A stretch of 64,000 nt of DNA, taken from NCBI GenBank assembly GCA_048013815.1, contig CM106586.1:4340001-4404000 (forward strand). Direction: 5' to 3'. This document shows, piece by piece, positions 24,768 through 37,262 of the stretch. The notes beneath the pieces are model-generated. The model was given only the letters and a program-made list of their open reading frames with translations, was not told where the DNA came from and did not search any database. Position numbers and translations under genes: made by a program. The number at the start of each line of letters is the position of its first letter. Positions within the stretch are counted from its first letter, which is position 1. This DNA comes from Setoptus koraiensis. Lineage: Eukaryota; Animalia; Arthropoda.

Positions 24768-25052
24768 CTAAATTTTACATATTTTCTCACCAATGACTTG
24801 AGGATTATTTTTACGGATTTCTTCGGCGCCTAATTCTTTATAATCAAAAGTGCAATTATGCTCATTTGCATAACGATGTGTAGAACAGAATAATCCTCCG
24901 CAACGGCATGGGAATCCAAAGACTCCTACTTTGGTCCTGCATTTAGTACATTTGGTTTTAGGTTTTTTGCCAGCCACTGAGGTGGCGTCGGCAGTGGTGG
25001 TGGGTCCGCCAGCTGCAGTAAGATCTGACGGCGTAGTAGTGGTAAATTTCAT
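24768..25052 (-). CDS. ZFAND5/6-like: AN1-type zinc finger protein (ZFAND5/6-like), AN1 domain only
   Basis: CTKCRTKVGVFGFPCRCGGLFCSTHRYANEHNCTFDYK...IRKNNPQV is the C-terminal AN1 module of ZFAND5/6. Confidence 0.92.
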   Translation of the reverse strand: MKFTTTTPSDLTAAGGPTTTADATSVAGKKPKTKCTKCRTKVGVFGFPCRCGGLFCSTHRYANEHNCTFDYKELGAEEIRKNNPQVIGEKICKI

Positions 25053-25559
25053 ATTGTGACGATGTTTTAGTGTTGTTTATGATCTATTTGTTCCAATATA
25101 ATCTCTAGTAACCAGGATGGTAATAATAGTAACAATGATCTTGCAATATCTATAATATCTATAATATATGTATGTATCTATATGTATGTATATTTGTGAT
25201 TTATTAGTGCTAAAACAATAATCAATAATGATGATTTTTTTTTGTTTGCTTGCTATGGTGTGTCTATAATGATTATTGAGCTCTATCAATATTGATGATG
25301 ATAATAGAAATAATATTGTGTGATTGTGGTGGCTCAATAGAACTCAATAGTGTAAATCTCAGATCAGTGTGTGCATATATATACGTATGAATATGACTAT
25401 ATATACGATAATGTAGCTATATAATTATAATAGCTAATAATTGTGACGACGATGGTTTAAATTCTCTGGGTTTTCTTATAAGAGTGGTGTTTATTTTCAT
25501 CGTCGCACAACACACACACACACTCATTCTAGCTACGACTGTACGCTTCATACTGCATA

Positions 25560-25845
25560 GAGTTTGTGTGTGTGTGTGTGTGTGTGTGCAACACTCTCCG
25601 AGAGAGAAGCTTTACATTGCTTGCGTCGTTGTTTTGCAGTCAACAACAATACACACACACACACACACACACCCAGTCTGTCTGTCCGTCCGACTGTCTG
25701 TCTGTCTCTACTCGTCGAACGCACACGGACTAACTGAACTCTCACACACACACACACACACACACACACTATCAAAGCGAGTATTGAGTAGATAATAGCG
25801 AGAGCTTCGCTTGTTGTTGTGTGTGTGTGTGTGTGTGTGTGTGTG
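25560..25845. repeat. Cluster of (CA/GT)n microsatellites
   Basis: Runs near 25563-25588, 25653-25671, 25742-25769 and 25819-25843. Confidence 0.95.
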
Positions 25846-26893
25846 AGCCAATGAGTGACTCACTGTAATGTTTACTATGAGACAAGCTGTAGCTCTGGCC
25901 TGTACGCATTGTAGCGTTTTGCCCTGTGCACTTATGCCAGTACTTGAGAGAGAGTGCGAGAGAGGCGCTAGAATCGCCCCGAAAACACACATCCGAGCGC
26001 GGAGTGTCTCGTGAAATGTTTCAATCTTGCTATTCATTCAGCCCGAGTGAGTGTCCACTGCGACACACAAGTGGGCCTGTTATTCAACGCAACAGAGGGG
26101 CCAAGACCGAAAGCGCAGTAGCGTCACATAGGCGCATATTTTGTAAACTAGTTCTGAGTGCGTTAAACGAGCATCGCACATCACACTGCTGACAAGTGAA
26201 CAGAGCAAAATAGCGTCGCTATATTGCGAGCACAGATGCTGTCGTAACACGACATGAATTGTAATTTGTATGACGTATTTTGAACGGTATTGACAATATT
26301 GAAATCGCTCAAACGCCACCTCTTGGCCGTTGCCACACACACACACACACTCATACGCCTTGCATGTTGCAATTGTCTAGTCAGCTTTAAATGGTGTGTG
26401 GGTTATTCGCAGATCGAGCAGCCATGGTCGCACGCAGGCACAGAACGTATCGACTGAGAGCTGCGAGCCTCCCGAGCCAAGCCTTTTGTGTGTGTTGCGT
26501 GTGCGATTGATTGGTCGAGTATGTTCCACAAAGATTGTGCTTGCGGTCGATCTGTGCCCTCATTGTTCATCGTACCAATTATCTCAACTTGAGATTCTAA
26601 GGTAGTACACAATTTTCACACTGTACTATTTTGCCCGGTCTGTGGAGGGGGGGATATAATCATAAAGGTTCAATAATTTGTTAATGTTTATTTCCCCCTT
26701 CATCTATGGATACCATTCTACTATTCACAGAATCGATAAGTGAATTTTTCAAATTTTCGCGCTCTCCGTATAACTGGTCATTCAGCCGCTTTTGATGTGC
26801 GCTTATTCAACTTCGAACAAGTGAAGTCCAGCAACAGCACTGTTGCATCAATTCCATAACTGTTGTTGTAATAATACTAAATATTAGATAACA

Positions 26894-28240
26894 ATGCACC
26901 GGATTGCAACAGATTCGTTGCTTGGAATGAGCCGTCATCATGAGGCCTTATTGCGCGTCAAAGCTCGCGATCAATTCGGACATCTGGCCGAATTGCCAGC
27001 CATTGATAATCCTGATCATCCACCCAGAAGCCTAGGGACCTCAACGATACCAAATAATGCTTTGGCGCTGGCTGGCACTGCATCCAACCAGGAATCTCTT
27101 AACAGCCGACTAGCGGCCCCTGTCTCTAAACAAACCACAATGATTTATAGTAGCACCTCCGAGCAAAGTAAGATGGAATTGAAACAAACTACAGAAAATA
27201 TGCACAAACAAATGGTTGCCCTGGCAGCCAAGCGATCCATCGGTCAAATGCTCAACCCAGAATGGCATCCCCCATGGAAATTGTATCGAGTTATTAGCGG
27301 CAACAATGGATGGGTGCACAGTCTGACTGTGGAACCTGAAAACTCTTGGTTTGCCAGTGGATGTCGAGATGGCCTTATAAAAATCTGGGATCTGGCCAGT
27401 GGCCGGCTACGATTAACACTCACGGGACATATTGCTGGTGTTCGTGGATTAGCAGTCAGTCCACGTCATCCTTATCTCTTCTCATGTGGGGATGACAAAA
27501 TGGTTAAATGCTGGGACCTAGAAAAGAATCAAGTAGTGCGGCATTATCATGGACATTTGAGTGGTGCACACTCCTTAGCTTTACACCCCAATCTAGATCT
27601 ACTGGTCACCGCAGGAAGAGATGCAGTTGGTCGTGTTTGGGACATGCGATCCAGGGAACAAGTACACTGTCTTACTGGCCACACTAATACTATTGCAACC
27701 GTCCAATGCCAAGCGTCAGAACCTCAAGTCATTACAGGATCTCATGATACCACAATTAGACTCTGGGACCTCAAGGCTGCTAGAACTCGAGTCACTCTAA
27801 CTAATCATAAAAAGAGTGTCAGATCGCTAGTCATCCATCCAAGAGAAAATATGTTCGTCTCGGGGGCTACAGATAATTTGAAACAGTGGAAATTCCCCGA
27901 TGGAGAATTCGTTCAAAATCTCAGTGGACACGAATCTATTGTAAATTGTTTAGCCCTGAACCATGATAATGTGTTGGTATCCGCAGCCGACAATGCATCG
28001 ATGTTCTTCTGGGACTGGTCGACCGGATACAATTTCCAACGGTATTCATCACCTGCCCAACCTGGTTCTATCGACTCGGAGGCGGGAATACTTGCAATGA
28101 CATTCGATCAAACTGGGTCAAGATTAATTACCGGAGAATCGGACAAGAGTATCAAGATGTTCAAAGAGGATCCAAACGCAAATGAAGAAACGCACCCCAT
28201 CAACTGGAAGCCAGATATTTTGAAAAGAAGGAGATACTAA
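26894..28240 (+). CDS. PLRG1: Pleiotropic regulator 1 (Prp46), WD40 subunit of the Prp19/NTC complex, intronless
   Basis: [33 protein letters not shown], seven WD repeats, C-terminal [14 protein letters not shown]. Confidence 0.96.
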   Translation: MHRIATDSLLGMSRHHEALLRVKARDQFGHLAELPAIDNPDHPPRSLGTSTIPNNALALAGTASNQESLNSRLAAPVSKQTTMIYSSTSEQSKMELKQTTENMHKQMVALAAKRSIGQMLNPEWHPPWKLYRVISGNNGWVHSLTVEPENSWFASGCRDGLIKIWDLASGRLRLTLTGHIAGVRGLAVSPRHPYLFSCGDDKMVKCWDLEKNQVVRHYHGHLSGAHSLALHPNLDLLVTAGRDAVGRVWDMRSREQVHCLTGHTNTIATVQCQASEPQVITGSHDTTIRLWDLKAARTRVTLTNHKKSVRSLVIHPRENMFVSGATDNLKQWKFPDGEFVQNLSGHESIVNCLALNHDNVLVSAADNASMFFWDWSTGYNFQRYSSPAQPGSIDSEAGILAMTFDQTGSRLITGESDKSIKMFKEDPNANEETHPINWKPDILKRRRY

Positions 28241-28345
28241 ACGGAATAACATAAGATAAAGACTTATATTTTCAATCAAATTCATCATGGTAGTGATAGG
28301 GCGACACATTGAGAGGTCCCAGAGTGCACATTATTTGCCCTAAAT

Positions 28346-30232
28346 TCATTTCACAGGTTCTCTAGGCATTTTGAAGATTTTTTTCACTGTTGATTCAGAG
28401 AATAGCCTGTTTCCGTTAGTGAGTCTATTTTTTTTGTTGGTAACTACTTTAATTACTGGATGCGCACCAGCGTTGTGATTCTGCAAAACGAGTATCCTAC
28501 CTTGTGCCAACAGATTCGTTGACGGTGGTGGTGGTGGTAGAAGGGGAGCAGAGTTTTCTACCCTCAGCGTCTGGTCAGATGGTACAGCACCCTGGTTGAA
28601 TGGTACAGCACCCTGGTTAAATGATGCAGCACCCTGGTTAGATGATGCAGCACCCTGGTTAGATGATGCAGCACCCTGGTTAGATGATGCAGCACCCTGG
28701 TTAGATGGTACAGCACCCTGGTTAAACGTTACAGCACACTGGTTAGATGTGACAACACCCTGCTTAGCATTTTTTCTATCTTCAGCTAAGCGGATGAGCC
28801 TACATAGCGAAGGATATGGAACATTTACTGGCTTTTCAAGCTTGAGGAAATAGTCGTGCAATTGGACACAGCAATCATCGTACAAATCATGTTTGGTCGT
28901 TGGATGCTGATTATGGGGATCTCTCTTTCTTCTGATCTTACCAACCAATTCCGCCCACAAATCCGAGTCATTTGTATAATCTAACTCGCATATGAGCTGT
29001 ATCAATTCCTTCAACACGGTTGGATTATCTTCACTCGGGTGGAAGCACCTAAAAAGTGCGTCTTTGAGATATTTTCTAGCATCATCATTTGAGGCTATAG
29101 AATCGGAGTATTTCCGAAGGAGAGCGAAACTTTGAGTAAGAGATAGTTTGCTATTATTTTTTAGTTCTTCATTCCAATTCAGATCCACCCTGTTTTCTGG
29201 AATAGGGACTGTCGATGGTGATTCCATCACGTCTGTCATAGTCACATCATTTTGAAATAAATCTTTTATTGCAATCTGACTTTCATTATTTATGGTATCA
29301 AGGCCATCTTTACTTGATTCTCCTAAAAGACTATTTTTTGGACGACTTCTGATTATGCTGAAATCATCATCGTCAGCATCGTCTTCTTCATGAGGGTGTT
29401 GGGTTGGTAGTGGAATGTTTTTTCTTCGGGCCTCAAAGTATTTTCTGACTATGTTGAACTCTTTTTTTGATTTATTTCTCCGACTTTTTCCGGACATAGG
29501 TGCTAATGTGGGTCGTTGCAATAAGCGTCCTCGGACCTCAACAGGTGGATTTTCTCTACAGAATTCCAGTTCCATTTTCTCTCTAATGATAATGCCATCA
29601 ATTTCGTTGATTTGTTCGATCTGCTCAATTTCTTCAAGTTGTTCAGTAGGTTCCAAATCATAATCAATGTGTTCGATTTGTTCACATGGCTCAATGTGTT
29701 CAATTTGTTCACATGGCTCAATGTGTAAGGATTTTTCAATATGTCCAGTTTGTTCATTTTGCCCAGTTTGTTCATTTTGCCCAGTTTGTTCACTTTGTCC
29801 AGTTTCTTCAATTTGTAGAGTATCTTGAATTTGTCGAGTTTCTTTGCTCTGTTTAATTTGTTCACTTTGTTCGATTTGACCATTTTTTTTGATATCTAGA
29901 GTTTCTCCATTGTGTTTAGTTTGTTTATTAGTTTGTTTGATTAGTTTGATTTGTTTGATTAGTTTGATTTGTTTGGGTTTTTTGACTTGGCCAATTTTGC
30001 CATTTTTGTCATTATCGTCAGTGTTTTTGCTGTTGTGGTCATCATGGTCAAAGTTGTGCCAAATTCTTTCTAATCTATCGCATGTGATATATGTGTATTT
30101 TGGTTTGTAATTTGCATATTCCAGATTAACAACAAAAAGTTTTCCGGCCTTCTCATTTTGTTGATATTGTAGCTCGTCTTTTAGTTTATGCTTGAGTTTA
30201 TCCAAGGAGCGAAGTTTAAGCGTACTGCCCAT
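28346..30232 (-). CDS. Uncharacterised 628-aa protein with internal tandem repeats and a helical central domain
   Basis: Long intronless ORF with QTGQNE, HIEPCEQIE and NQGA(A/V)xx repeats. No family recognised. Confidence 0.8.
   Translation of the reverse strand: MGSTLKLRSLDKLKHKLKDELQYQQNEKAGKLFVVNLEYANYKPKYTYITCDRLERIWHNFDHDDHNSKNTDDNDKNGKIGQVKKPKQIKLIKQIKLIKQTNKQTKHNGETLDIKKNGQIEQSEQIKQSKETRQIQDTLQIEETGQSEQTGQNEQTGQNEQTGHIEKSLHIEPCEQIEHIEPCEQIEHIDYDLEPTEQLEEIEQIEQINEIDGIIIREKMELEFCRENPPVEVRGRLLQRPTLAPMSGKSRRNKSKKEFNIVRKYFEARRKNIPLPTQHPHEEDDADDDDFSIIRSRPKNSLLGESSKDGLDTINNESQIAIKDLFQNDVTMTDVMESPSTVPIPENRVDLNWNEELKNNSKLSLTQSFALLRKYSDSIASNDDARKYLKDALFRCFHPSEDNPTVLKELIQLICELDYTNDSDLWAELVGKIRRKRDPHNQHPTTKHDLYDDCCVQLHDYFLKLEKPVNVPYPSLCRLIRLAEDRKNAKQGVVTSNQCAVTFNQGAVPSNQGAASSNQGAASSNQGAASSNQGAASFNQGAVPFNQGAVPSDQTLRVENSAPLLPPPPPSTNLLAQGRILVLQNHNAGAHPVIKVVTNKKNRLTNGNRLFSESTVKKIFKMPREPVK
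28578..28748 (-). repeat. 21-bp coding minisatellite x8 encoding NQGA(A/V)(S/P)(S/F) heptads
   Basis: cagcaccctggtt every 21 nt from 28585 to 28732 (last copy with one mismatch). Confidence 0.95.
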
Positions 30233-30650
30233 CCCTAACGGTAATAGCGGATTAGGTGGAGATAAAAAACAATGGTGAGAAAATTAATTTATAAGTGGCG
30301 AATTGTTGTTGATATAAATGTGTGATGTTAAAATTTGATATGAGTAATCCATCAGTTGCAATTTAAATTGTAAAGAATCATTGTTTGGTTATGTGTATGA
30401 TTTCGTAAAAATAAAATGCATCAGCGTTTGTTGTGTCTGATGATGATGATGTATAAATAGAGCTGGCTGAATGGATAGACTTCTGTGCCAAAGCAAGATG
30501 GACGTAACTGCTATATGAGTGCAGCGAGCCAACGCGTGTAATTAGTAGCGTATACGGCGTGCATCAACTAGTAGTCTGTCGATGATCTAGTGTGTTTATA
30601 GTGCCTGTGTGTGTGTGTGTATGTGTTAAGCTAGTCGTAAGGCACAAATC

Positions 30651-30685
<35 letters not shown>

Positions 30686-31789
30686 GCGCATGGGCACAGA
30701 GAGGGTCGGGTGTGCTGCCCGTATCACGTGTGCCAAGTATTTATTGCAGTGCGCGCAGGGCGGCCGATGATTGGAGCGGTGTCCGTTTAACACTGTTTGT
30801 AAGCACAAATTGCGCCAGCGTGGCCCCCACTGGCAATTTGTTTGCGAGCGCATCGAGTTGTTGTTGAGAATGCATTGTGAAACCAGCAAGCGGCCGGCGT
30901 GATGCTTGCGATGGCAAAAAATACACACTGTCAACTTGTTGTTGTGTTTAAATAGAATTAGCGCCAAATCACTCCTGTGTGTCTAGTTAGCGGAGCGCGA
31001 AAATGGCGATACACTGTTCAGGCGACAACTCACAGCAGACGATGCAGGGCTTTATAGGCCGCAAACATCGCGATTAGTTGTTACACAAACGAACTTTGTG
31101 TGTAAGTGTGTGTGCGAATATTTGTGACAATTCGATTGTGCAACGCTCGCTGTGTACCAATACAAATTGCAAATAATTCGACGAGAGGGAAAGCACTTGA
31201 GCCTGAGTGAGCCCGAGACTCAAGGATTGCCGTTGAGACTGAGCGCGTGTACGAGTGTGTGAACAATTCTCAGGTTATCTCGGCTCTTGTGCAAAATGAA
31301 CTCAATAACAATGGTCGCACAATCAATTAGTTGCCAATTAATTTAATTAAATGGCTGCAAATTACTCATCAGTGCTATTCAATACAAATTCAAGCGAACA
31401 ACGCAGGCCAACGAACCGCAAAGGAGCGTCTTATCTCATACGGCGGCGTGCAGAGTTCATCAGACTGACCGTCTGCGACCAACGCACTCTGCAGTCCAGA
31501 GTGTGGACGGGCACATTTCAAACAGGACACATAATGAATTCACTTGTGCGAACACACGAAGGAATAATTACAAAATCATTTTTATATATTATACCTAAAT
31601 GATCAAATGAAGACGCACAACTTGCCAACTTGTTACGCAATGACACCCACCCTGTCAGCGGTCTCGCCAACGACCCGAGCTCGCGTATCTCGTAAGCAAT
31701 TGGCCGCTCGATGAGCCCAAACAGACCAACTTCATTCAGATTAGCATACAATAGTACAACAATGCTTTTGGAATACAAAATTCTTGGAC

Positions 31790-34427
31790 ATGTCATCATT
31801 GCAACCCATCGTAGAGGCAACAATTGCCAACAAAAAACGTTTTCTGTCCCAACAACAACAACAACAACAGCAGCAGCAGCAACATTATTATTATTATTAC
31901 GTGCGTCATTGTTACAACATTCTATTTATCTATTTACATTGTTTTCAACATACAACTATTTTAAGCGTGCTGTTGTTAATTAGTCGGCCTGCTATCATCA
32001 ATGATATCATCATTATTGGCTGCAGTCAACTTCACTTGCCAAAAATTAGATTAGATTACCTGCACCCACAGCAGCAACAGCAGCAACAGCAACAACAACG
32101 ACAGCAACTACGACAACCACAGCAACAACACAAAACTAACGATGACCATCATCTGATAAAAAATTTGACTGGCCGTAATAGCATTGCCGATCAACAAGAT
32201 GACACCAACACAACACTATCGTCGCTTATGTCTAAACAAATACCACTACTAAATGACCAAAACATTCAAGGTGATAACAGCAGAAACGAAAAACATGCGC
32301 TTAGTTTCAAAGACTTGTTGCTCTTTCACAGCACTATAGAAAACAATGAGATTAATCATAATATAATGCCAATAGTTGCAACCAACAACTACAACCATCA
32401 CAAGCTACAAACAAAAGCTCCTCCCTTGTTATTAGCATTACAGAAGAGCGACAGGTTTTCGTTCGACCAACATCGACCGTATTGGCATTCGCTAACATTA
32501 ACAAGCCCATCGCCGTCATTTAATAATCAACTACATTATGGGGGAAAAAGCGATATTGAAAGTGAAAACCTTCCGCTGTTGTTGTTTGAAATATTGACAG
32601 CAGCAGCAACAACAACCACGCTGTCGGCAGTCGCAACCATCACAACAAAGGTAGGCACTTTTAAAGCTACTGCACAACAACTATCAATGGAACAACATAA
32701 ACCGACAGATAGTTTCTACGATGGCCGAGAAAGAACCATTCCTGGGGGTGGCAGTGTTAAACAAAAAACAGATAATAATAATAACCATCATGTTCATAAA
32801 GTTGTTAAAAGAGCGCTAGATGAGTTAGAGTTACAAACCGGCAATCTAGAGTTGGTGGGCTTAGAGGAGTTAGATTATTCATTAACAAACTATCCATTAG
32901 ATAATAAAGATGATAAACTTTATACAAGTTCACAACTTCAGCGTCAACTTGAGCGCCATTTGCAGTTAGCATCAAGTGCAAAACAATTACAATCGGATCT
33001 TCTTTTGCAAAGTAGTATCGAAGATACATTACGCAACAATAATTGGCCCTCTGATCAAATCTTAGTTGGTTATAAACAACACCCTATACACGAATCTGAA
33101 ATATTGATACGAGAAAAGTATAGTAGTCCCTCAATAAGTTCAACTAAATCAGCTAAACTTAGTGGAAATAGCGTCAATTCGCCCAAGCAAGTAGTGAGCT
33201 ACGATGAAGACGACGATGACGATTACGATGACAATGAACTTATTATAGTTGATCTATTTAAACCACCACTAGATAGTCATCCTAATCAAACAAAGCAGGA
33301 GTCTCCAGCGGATGTTGCTAAGAATCATTCGCAGATAAGTAAAGCAATAGTAAAAACGAACTCTGTTAAAAATGGAACTCAACGGTCAATTGATAATCTT
33401 ACGTTTCCAAACATAGATGTGCGAAATTTGACCTCTGACTCGAGCGAAGACACCGAAGATTCTCTTCAAACCACCAACCCGTTCGCTTTATATTTGCATC
33501 AGCATAATCATCGTCACGATCACTATCATAACTGGAACAACAGTGACCCAAGTCGATTGCTAAGTACAGAAGTTGACAAAAATACTACTTTTCCATTAAC
33601 AGAAAGTAAATCCATCAAATCTTCGTCACACCAAGGCCTCAATTCAGCATTGAAAACTAAGAAACTAAATCTGCTTGAGAATCTAACTCATGACAATTCT
33701 ACAAATTCATCAAGAATTCTCACACCTGCATCCTCTCGTGCAAATTATAGTAAAGATAGTGATAGTCATAACAGCCAGCGTCCACCGAATGATCGCGGGC
33801 GAACTCTAATTCAAGGTGAATTAGTTAACACAAGTTATAACAGTCAGACTCACGCCAATCTGAAGCCAGCCATTCATCTCAACAGTTCAGCAGAAAGTAG
33901 TGAAAGTAATAGAACAAAAGAACTGACATCCTCTTTGTCGCGAAGAACCTCCGAGCAAAAACCTGAGTCTAGTATTATCGCCACTGCCACCAATGAAACA
34001 AAATATGAGTTGTGTTGTCATATGAATGGCACAATTCCCTCGATTAACTCTTCAGATGATTCAAAAATCAATCATTTAATAGATTACTACACGTACAAGT
34101 TCTGGTTAAGTTGGAGGTTCCAACCGCAACTAACTTTAAATAGGAAGAATACTCAACTCATCAACATAGCACAAATAAAAAAAAGAGTCAAAATGAGTGT
34201 ACAGAACGTGCGAACTAATTCTTCGGATACCTTTAATGATGGCCGTGAGGCCAACATCATAACGAGTGCTGGTCTTGATCAAGACAGAACGAGTGTCCAG
34301 GGTAAACAGCAACGATTATCGTCGTCACACATTGGAACTTGTCTGAATGGTATACTACTGTCACTGTCTGTAATTAGTCTAAGTCCAATTAAATTGTTAG
34401 ATTGCCAAACTCTTCAAAGACCAAAAG
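31790..34427 (+). CDS. Large low-complexity exon (~879 codons), possibly the first coding exon of the transferrin-family gene
   Basis: The first ATG is at 31790 (the ORF-track start is TTG). It has an N-terminal hydrophobic stretch, polyQ, a KR dibasic site and many N-x-S/T sequons, and ends at donor AAAG|GTAAGT (34427/34428). I could not trace the link to the transferrin exons. Confidence 0.6.
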
Positions 34428-37189
34428 GTAAGTCTGACTAAGACCATCGCCATTACCACTAAGACCTGACTGAACTACTAGGAAAAAAAGAGAGTTTTGT
34501 CGACAAGCAACAAAGAATGGATGAGATACAATAATGCATAATTGTTTAAATTAATACACTTGTGTTTTTGCGCTATTTTGGAACAAATCAACAAGTGTCA
34601 GATAAGATTTAATGACAACACATCCGATCTTTGTGTGTTTGCGAATGATGCAAGTACTGTAAAGTTGGGTGGAATTGTTCGTTGGTCAGATAGCTTACCT
34701 GAACAAACAAAGATAGACGCAGACGGATAAGTTTTGTTTGTACGGGCGTCGGATTGAATATATCACTATCTGCCAATAGAAAGTGAGATTTTATACGATT
34801 GCAGTCCACAAACTCAACCGAACATTCCGAGCTGTATGTTGGAATAGAGTGCGACTTGAGATAGTTCACTCATTAAAAAGCAATTCACTCACGCCATCAT
34901 ATGCTCAATTATAGACACGTACTAAATTTTGTAGCCAGGTAGACAAGTTTTTTTTTCTGTTGAGAGAGAGAGAGAGAGAGAGCGTGTTAAATAGCTTGTT
35001 TATTTGTAAACGCACAATGCATCGGCCATACAGTATGAACTAGCTAGAATGTCTAAATGAGCATATTGTTTGTTTGGTTGTTTACTTTATTTGCCCATGG
35101 CATCGGCATACCTACTAATCTAGCAAATCTGCACGTACCGACAAACTATAATACACTAGCTAAACCACTCTGGAAACAGTAGATCATGAGCTGCCTCTAC
35201 TACTATGGTTGTAGGAACTCTGACGTTGCTATGATGATGATTCGCATCAGTTCCATAAACAGTTGAGCTTTCTAAGTAGACAAATTAATACCGCCTGAGA
35301 GAAAGCGGATCGAATTGGTGAGTTTTGTGAGACTAGTCATCATTTGTATAGTCATTCAATTTGTGTAGCCTGGACTGAGCATGTTTTATTGCCTTTGGAC
35401 CTTCAAAAATTCGACCAAATTGTAACTGCAAACTGCATTATAATGGCGGTAGTCAGTGGGATACATGCGGCCTGGCTGATTAGATAGGGTGCACAAATGA
35501 AAGAAAAAGTCAGATAAGTTGTTTCTGGTAAGAGACCTTCAGGGCTTAGCACAAATGAATTAATGGCACTTTTATAGTGTAAAGAACAAAACTTCCTATT
35601 GTCCATTGTAGCTGGTGCTACTCTTTTTTATAGCCATCATAACAAATGATATATGACAATGCGCCCATCCCGTTCACTATTCTTGGCGATATAAGCATTG
35701 GCATCAGAGTAAACAGATCCTTGCAGCAAATTGCCCATAAGAAAAGAATCAACAAAAACGAATGTAAGCGCCACAGTAAGACTGCACAATAACAATGATT
35801 TTATGAAAGATTCGGATCTTCTAGCCAGTTGCATGTGCTGACTTGAGTGAAAAAACTGTAAGGCTTGATGTTAATTGATTAGTTTCACGCATGTCAATAG
35901 TTGTGTGTTTGTGTGGACCACCAACAATTACGTCGCCCAAACTGACAGTGGTGATAAGATAAGAAGCGACATGATTCTTCAAAGTGTCTATAAGTTTCCA
36001 AGATCGTGATGCGGATGATAGTCAATCAACTGCGACACCTGATACCGATCTTTGTGTGTGTTTGGCTCACCTGTCGTTTGTGATGTCAGTTGGAGATTGT
36101 GAGGCAACAACGAGGACATCAATGTTCAAGTTCACGCCTGTGATAGCGGGCATCAAACAATTGCGCCATTGTGTGTCCATCTTGCCAGCTTGATAACAAT
36201 AACCAGCTTGATAATATTGCGATTGCGAGACAATAACGTTAATTATTAGCTGGTGACTATGTGGTGGCTGATTGACCGTTTGGGTGCTTGATGCCTGACA
36301 TATGCCTTGTCCAGAATATTAAGCTGTTTGTTGTTACGGCAATCACCGGTTGGCAGTGTCAAGTGTGCACCATTATTATTGTTACTGTCGTTGTAGTGTT
36401 TACGCGGAAAGGGGTCAAGCGTAGCGCGCGTGAGACGTAAAGTGGTAAGTGTTGGACGACTATGTGCCAAGAGTGCGCCACACTAATAAATCTCGCCACC
36501 ATCGTTAGCGATTGTCAGAACATAATCGCAGCAACAACAACAGCAACAACAACAACGACACAGGCAACTAATGTTAAATGAATAGGAAACAAAATTATAT
36601 GGATTGTTTTTGCAGGCAACCCATCGACGGTTAACGAACCACAACAGCCCCATCAACTCAAGGCTATTCGACAGATACAACACACAGTAACAAAGTGTAT
36701 AATCTCACACAAGCGCACATAAATTGAGTTGAGGGAACAAGTGCCAGTAAGGAACAAAGAACGATGAAGTCAGGACAACAACAACAGCAGCGGCAGCAAC
36801 AACAACAAATGTAATGATTTGGTAAAAGTGAAGATGATTCATTCTGTTATCCATAATCAATGTTACCACTTATTATGTAAGCTACTATTGAGTGGTAGCT
36901 GGCACAACAAGTTAAAGTGACCATCACTTGATTACGACAACTGGCATGTTGTTTTCGCTAACTTGTTAGCGGACACTTGTTGTGTGTGTGGCTAATCTGA
37001 CCAGTGTGTAGGCATTCATTAAGAAGCACCGAGTGAGTCAATAAGTCAGTCAACAATGGGCACAAACGATCTGAACGTACCGAAAGAAGCCGAGTTGCGA
37101 TAATTGTGTTGATGGTGATAGTATTACAATCGCCATTATTGCTATTATTGAATAGTCGGCCATGCAACCGGCGGAGACGCTGGAAACAT

Positions 37190-37203
37190 TGCAACAACAA
37201 CAG

Positions 37204-37237
<34 letters not shown>

Positions 37238-37262
37238 AACAGCAACAGCAACAGCAACAAGT
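37190..37262. repeat. (CAA/CAG)n trinucleotide tract
   Basis: About 23 triplets, read directly. Confidence 0.95.

Noticed and set aside
34601-34730. IVRWSDSLPEQTK as the transferrin N-lobe start
   Set aside because: Lacks the conserved cysteines, ends in a stop, and its acceptor phase does not match the 34427 donor.
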